From a virus (lineage: Duplodnaviria; Caudoviricetes), in the IMG/VR virus record IMGVR_UViG_3300035507_000332: a stretch of DNA of 64,000 bases. The stretch is one strand, 5' to 3'. The translations under genes and the position numbers were made by a program. Positions 60,177-64,000 of the stretch are shown piece by piece. The notes below the pieces were generated by a model that was given only the letters and a program-made list of their open reading frames with translations, made no database searches and was not told the DNA's origin. Numbering within the stretch: position 1 is the first letter of the stretch; each line of letters opens with the position of its first letter.

Positions 60177-60282
60177 TTTTATAAAATTTTATAAGCCAAA
60201 AAACCCTGGGAATTTTTCAAAAGCCCAAATACGGTTTCGTGCGCCCGAGCGCACGTGAGCCGAAGGGAGGTGCGTATATAGT
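60177..60282. repeat. boundary element copy
   Basis: AT palindrome then AAAAACCCTGGGAATTTTT...AAGGGAGGTGCGTATATAGT. Confidence 0.9.
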
Positions 60283-60803
60283 ATTCTCGCCGAGCCGTTT
60301 TTCAGTATTGTTGACTGCGACGGTTTAGATTTAATTTGAGGTTGTTTTTGTGCTGGCTAGATCGTCCCAAAATGACGTTTTTTTGCACCCTAAAAATTGT
60401 CTTCCTGGCAATCACTTTTTGCACTTCCACAACGTCGATTTTTTTACCCCCAAAATGACGCCCAAAATGACGGCATGAAAAAATTGTGTGGGGTGATGTG
60501 GGAAGTCATGCGTAACGTCATTTTTAGAGCTGTAACCTAAACTGAGTTACAGCGTAAAAATCAGAGTGCCGACAGCTAGCCATCTTTCTTGCCCAAAAAG
60601 TGCCGTTCTCTGATTTCGCCCAAAAATGCCCCTAGAACAGCGTTTTGAACGTTGGGCTTAACGAGTGACCGCCCGGACAGCAAGGACACGTTTTAGACCT
60701 ATTTCTGAGCCAAATTTCGGATTTCTGAAAAAGCTGCGGAATCACACATCCAAAAAAAAGGCACTCCCGAAGGAGTGCCTGAGCGTCATTTTGTGGGGAT
60801 GAC

Positions 60804-61241
60804 TTATTGTATTGTTGGGATGAGCCAGAATGACTGAGTGGCGAAATCAAATTCATCGTCATCACTCGTGAGATCTCGCCCCGAACCGTAGATTTCTTGT
60901 GGATCGACGCCCAAAGCTTTGGCAATGATAGAGGCGATCCAGTAGCCAGAACCGCCATCAAATTCGCATGATTGAGCGTAAAAATCAGCACTTGGTACTA
61001 ACTCGATAGAATAGACAGTTTGACCGCTTGGCAAGTCCATTTCGTACGTAATTGTCTCGAGCGTCATCGACGTTCTAGATGTGTTCCACTTGTCGTTCAT
61101 TTTGCGATTGACTCTATCGACAGCGGAAAGAATAGCCGTCATGGTGACGTCTACAGAGTAGAGATTGCCACCTTTCCAAAAAGCTTGTTCCTTTGCGGAT
61201 TCAATGGCGGATTCAGTGAGAGTAATAGGGTTGGTATACAT
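60804..61241 (-). CDS. acidic early hypothetical protein
   Basis: Start moved to MYTNPI; UUCG terminator ~60762-60780. Confidence 0.75.
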   Translation of the reverse strand: MYTNPITLTESAIESAKEQAFWKGGNLYSVDVTMTAILSAVDRVNRKMNDKWNTSRTSMTLETITYEMDLPSGQTVYSIELVPSADFYAQSCEFDGGSGYWIASIIAKALGVDPQEIYGSGRDLTSDDDEFDFATQSFWLIPTIQ

Positions 61242-61364
61242 GGTCGTGATTGATTGGATTGATTGCCCCAACGTTGGGAACTAAGAATGTTGTATCAAAT
61301 TCTAGAAAATTGACAAGACTTTTTTTGGAGGTGACTTGCGCCACCCCCATCTTGCCCTTGATTT

Positions 61365-61829
61365 TTAGGCGATTGCGACGATTTTTTCAACGTCAAATGA
61401 ACGGAAATTTGAGCCGTAAACTGCTTTGTTACCTGCTCGCTTGGCTTCGATTTGAGCTCTCACGGCTTCGCCATCAAGTTGATTGCCGTCAGCGTCGAAA
61501 AACGTGTCCTGAGCGGTACTAACGTTGATTCTAAGCATGAGTTTACCGCTTTTTTGAGAGCGGAAAAGGTGACCTTTGATGTGGTCGTATCCTTTGCTTG
61601 CGCCCACTTCAAAGCCTCTATTCTTAACACTCGAAAGAGCGGAATATTCACAGTCTTGAATCTTGTATCGTGTAACCTTGGTTACACCCTTGATTTCACG
61701 ACATGCGGAACAGTAGGTCACGTAATGGATTTGACCCTTATTAGTGAGAGCGTCAATTGCGTCGAGGATTGCGCTTTGGCTCATTGCGTCACTCATGACG
61801 CCCGACAATGTTGTTGTTGTCTTTTTCAT
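61365..61829 (-). CDS. early hypothetical protein
   Basis: Start moved to MKKTTT behind TTGCAT-17-TATTAT. Confidence 0.8.
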   Translation of the reverse strand: MKKTTTTLSGVMSDAMSQSAILDAIDALTNKGQIHYVTYCSACREIKGVTKVTRYKIQDCEYSALSSVKNRGFEVGASKGYDHIKGHLFRSQKSGKLMLRINVSTAQDTFFDADGNQLDGEAVRAQIEAKRAGNKAVYGSNFRSFDVEKIVAIA

Positions 61830-62028
61830 GACGGAGGGAATAATAGCTCTTTTTTCTCTTTCATGCAATACTTTTTTTCATATTTTCAGAATTTTTTTCT
61901 CACAGCCAGCTTTTCGGCAGTATCAAAATTAGCCTAACCATCAGCCCAAAATTAGTTCAGCCTAACAGCTCATTTTGTCGCTCTTCACGGCTCGATTTTT
62001 TACCCTTCGCCGTTCGATTTTTTCGCCC

Positions 62029-62248
62029 GAATTCCCTGCAAATTTTTACGTGCCCAAATACGCTCTTTTTCATATTGCCAAAATTCCCCTGGGAATTTTT
62101 TAGAAGCCCTAAATAACACGCAGGCGTGCGCCCAGCGCACGTGCGCAGAAGGGAGGTGCGTATTCAGTATGGGAAAATTTTATAAAATTTTATGTCTTGC
62201 GACATAAAATTTCATTTCTATGAATTTTATAGTAAATTTATAAATTTA
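62029..62248. repeat. boundary element copy with AT-rich palindromes
   Basis: Same layout as 56651-56837. Confidence 0.9.
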
Positions 62249-62388
62249 CGACAGGCGACAGGACGAGCGACAGGCGACAGGACGAGCGACAGGCGACAGG
62301 ACGAGCGACAGGCGACAGGACGAGCGACAGGCGACAGGACGAGCGACAGGCGACAGGACGAGCGACAGGCGACAGGACGAGCGACAGG
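62249..62388. repeat. 19-bp tandem repeat (CGACAGGCGACAGGACGAG)x7.4
   Basis: Perfect copies. Confidence 0.97.
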
Positions 62389-62434
62389 AAGACAAAAAGA
62401 AAGGGCACTGTCACCAGTGCCCTTTCTGCTTTTT

Positions 62435-62860
62435 TCATAGCCTTTCGAGTAGCTTTTCTAGCGTTTCTCGTATCTCCTCTGTTTCTATCTTTTGCATGAT
62501 CTTTTGCGTTTCAACTGCCCTTGCCCTTTCATTGTAGAATTTCAGAAATTCAACTTGCTCCCTTGCCCTCAAAAGGCAATCTTCTATTTTTCGCCATTGC
62601 CTATCGAAAAGGGGACTGTCTTCTTCTTCCATACTTCTTCTTATTTCGTGAATCTCACTATCTGCCCTCAAATAATTGTCAAAAGCTGTGTTTCTTAAGG
62701 GATAAGCTTTTTTCCAAAAGTGCAAAAGTGCATTTCTTGCGACAAGCAAAAGCGTTTCGTTCCTTTCGAGATTGCGAAATCTTACGTAAGTTCTGAAAAG
62801 GTAGGCTTCGATGCTTTCGAGCTCCGAAATAGTCTTATTGTAGCTTTTGATACTGAACAT
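62435..62860 (-). CDS. early helical hypothetical protein
   Basis: 141 aa followed by terminator. Confidence 0.75.
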   Translation of the reverse strand: MFSIKSYNKTISELESIEAYLFRTYVRFRNLERNETLLLVARNALLHFWKKAYPLRNTAFDNYLRADSEIHEIRRSMEEEDSPLFDRQWRKIEDCLLRAREQVEFLKFYNERARAVETQKIMQKIETEEIRETLEKLLERL

Positions 62861-62934
62861 AACAAAAAAGGATAGGATAGAATTAGTAGTTTGTTATTTC
62901 TTCCCCCCCCTTTTGAGGGGGGGGGAAAAGGTGT

Positions 62935-63294
62935 TTAAATGAAACGCATTCCGTTCAGCTCTACTAAACCGACGCATTCCTGACGATATGCCCTTTTTGT
63001 AAGACATATTAAATGATCGACCTTTTGCGGTTCGTCTGTCGATATGTGGACAATAGCGGTTTCTTCCATGTCGTGTAATGGATAGCCTTGCGTGTCAAAA
63101 GCGTTTCTATAGACATAATACCCTTTTGACATGGTGAGAGTAAAACAGGGGAATACTTTTCCTACTACTCGCATAATATCCTTTTCTCGGTAGGTAGGAA
63201 CTCCGTTAACATTACACCCTATATAAAGAATATAAGTGCAATCTCCTTTTTGCGTATCTCCCAAAAGGGAGCATTTTCTAGCGTAATTGAACAT
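62935..63294 (-). CDS. putative SAM lyase (T3 SAMase / DUF3574-like)
   Basis: FT....GYY...EETAIV...RQECVGL parallels T3 GCY...EEKTVRV...EQDCVLV. Confidence 0.65.
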   Translation of the reverse strand: MFNYARKCSLLGDTQKGDCTYILYIGCNVNGVPTYREKDIMRVVGKVFPCFTLTMSKGYYVYRNAFDTQGYPLHDMEETAIVHISTDEPQKVDHLICLTKRAYRQECVGLVELNGMRFI

Positions 63295-63363
63295 ACTTTG
63301 TTGTCTTTCTTTTCGTTTGGATTGTCCCTACTCTCTCGAGTGAGAGAGTAGGGAATTGTCTTG

Positions 63364-63720
63364 TTAGGCTAGCAATTCTAGTTCCTTATCTATCGTTGCT
63401 AGAATGGTACGGAGTGACTTTTCCGACAAGTCCACTAGTTGCATAATGTCGGTACTTTCTAGCATTTCATATATCTTTTCTAGTGAGTCCATTTGCTCGA
63501 TTATCACCTTGTAAAGGTGAGTATCGTTTGACATGGCTTTGTAGAGCATGTCAAATTCATTTGTTTCATAATCGATTATCTCCCAAATAATGCTAGCGAG
63601 ATAATGGGAACTCTCCTCGTATCGATACAAGGAACGCAAAGAATTCAGTCTTTCTTGCATGGCTTCTCTTGCTAGGACAAGTTCCTTGCAAGCCGTTTGA
63701 TTGTTTAATGGGGTATCCAT
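63364..63720 (-). CDS. early acidic helical protein
   Basis: Start moved to MDTPLN. Confidence 0.75.
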   Translation of the reverse strand: MDTPLNNQTACKELVLAREAMQERLNSLRSLYRYEESSHYLASIIWEIIDYETNEFDMLYKAMSNDTHLYKVIIEQMDSLEKIYEMLESTDIMQLVDLSEKSLRTILATIDKELELLA

Positions 63721-63874
63721 AATTTGATGTGTCGTTTGTTCTGACGACAAGGCAAGACTAGTATATCTTTTTTCTCTCGTCAAATAAATTTCGTATCTTT
63801 TCATCACTTTTCTTTCTCTCACTCTCGAAAGTAGTTTGTTTTTAGTGAGTTATGGAGAGAAAAAAATTTCACTT

Positions 63875-64000
63875 CCTGGCAACGTGACGCCCTGGCAACG
63901 TGACGCCCTGGCAACGTGACGCCCTGGCAACGTGACGCCCTGGCAACGTGACGCCCTGGCAACGTGACGCCCTGGCAACGTGACGCCCTGGCAACGTGAC
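63875..64000. repeat. 16-bp tandem repeat (CCTGGCAACGTGACGC)x>=7.9, runs off window
   Basis: Perfect copies. Confidence 0.97.

Noticed and set aside
62192-62440. ORFs on both strands
   Set aside because: Translations of the 19-bp tandem repeat
1-64000. tRNA/rRNA genes and stop-codon reassignment
   Set aside because: No cloverleaf recognised by eye (tRNAscan not run); genes are intact in code 11 and all three stops are used

Overview
A 64-kb segment of a large tailed dsDNA phage in the standard genetic code. The host is inferred to be a Verrucomicrobia/Akkermansia-like gut bacterium, based on my recollection of the amidase, mini-NrdD and tail-tube families; no search was run. Bases 1-38.2 kb are gene-dense and mostly + strand. 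They encode a Hef-like homing endonuclease, GAF-type holin, thioredoxin, tail tube, two paralogous tail fibres, Amidase_3 endolysin, Pif1/RecD helicase and ThyX. They also hold a large glycosylation toolkit: about 12 glycosyltransferases (GT2, GT25, three GT6/ABO-like, four GT29/sialyltransferase-like) plus a CMP-nonulosonate synthetase. Bases 38.2-42.7 kb are a largely non-coding hinge with repeats, a promoter driving no ORF, and two promoter-to-terminator RNAs lacking a convincing ORF. Bases 42.9-64 kb are an array of about 30 small - strand early/host-takeover genes built as promoter + 5' hairpin + ORF + terminator cassettes. A conserved ~80-bp element divides the array into blocks, and the array carries two perfect parS palindromes, -35-only arrays, 13-bp arrays, a likely SAM lyase and tandem repeats at the right edge. 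Top candidate for a new system: a ~250-nt structured RNA (41937-42186) whose unpaired regions are antisense to start codons or leaders of several early genes 7-22 kb away, i.e. a possible multi-target shut-off RNA. Many start codons in the ORF track were corrected using promoter position.
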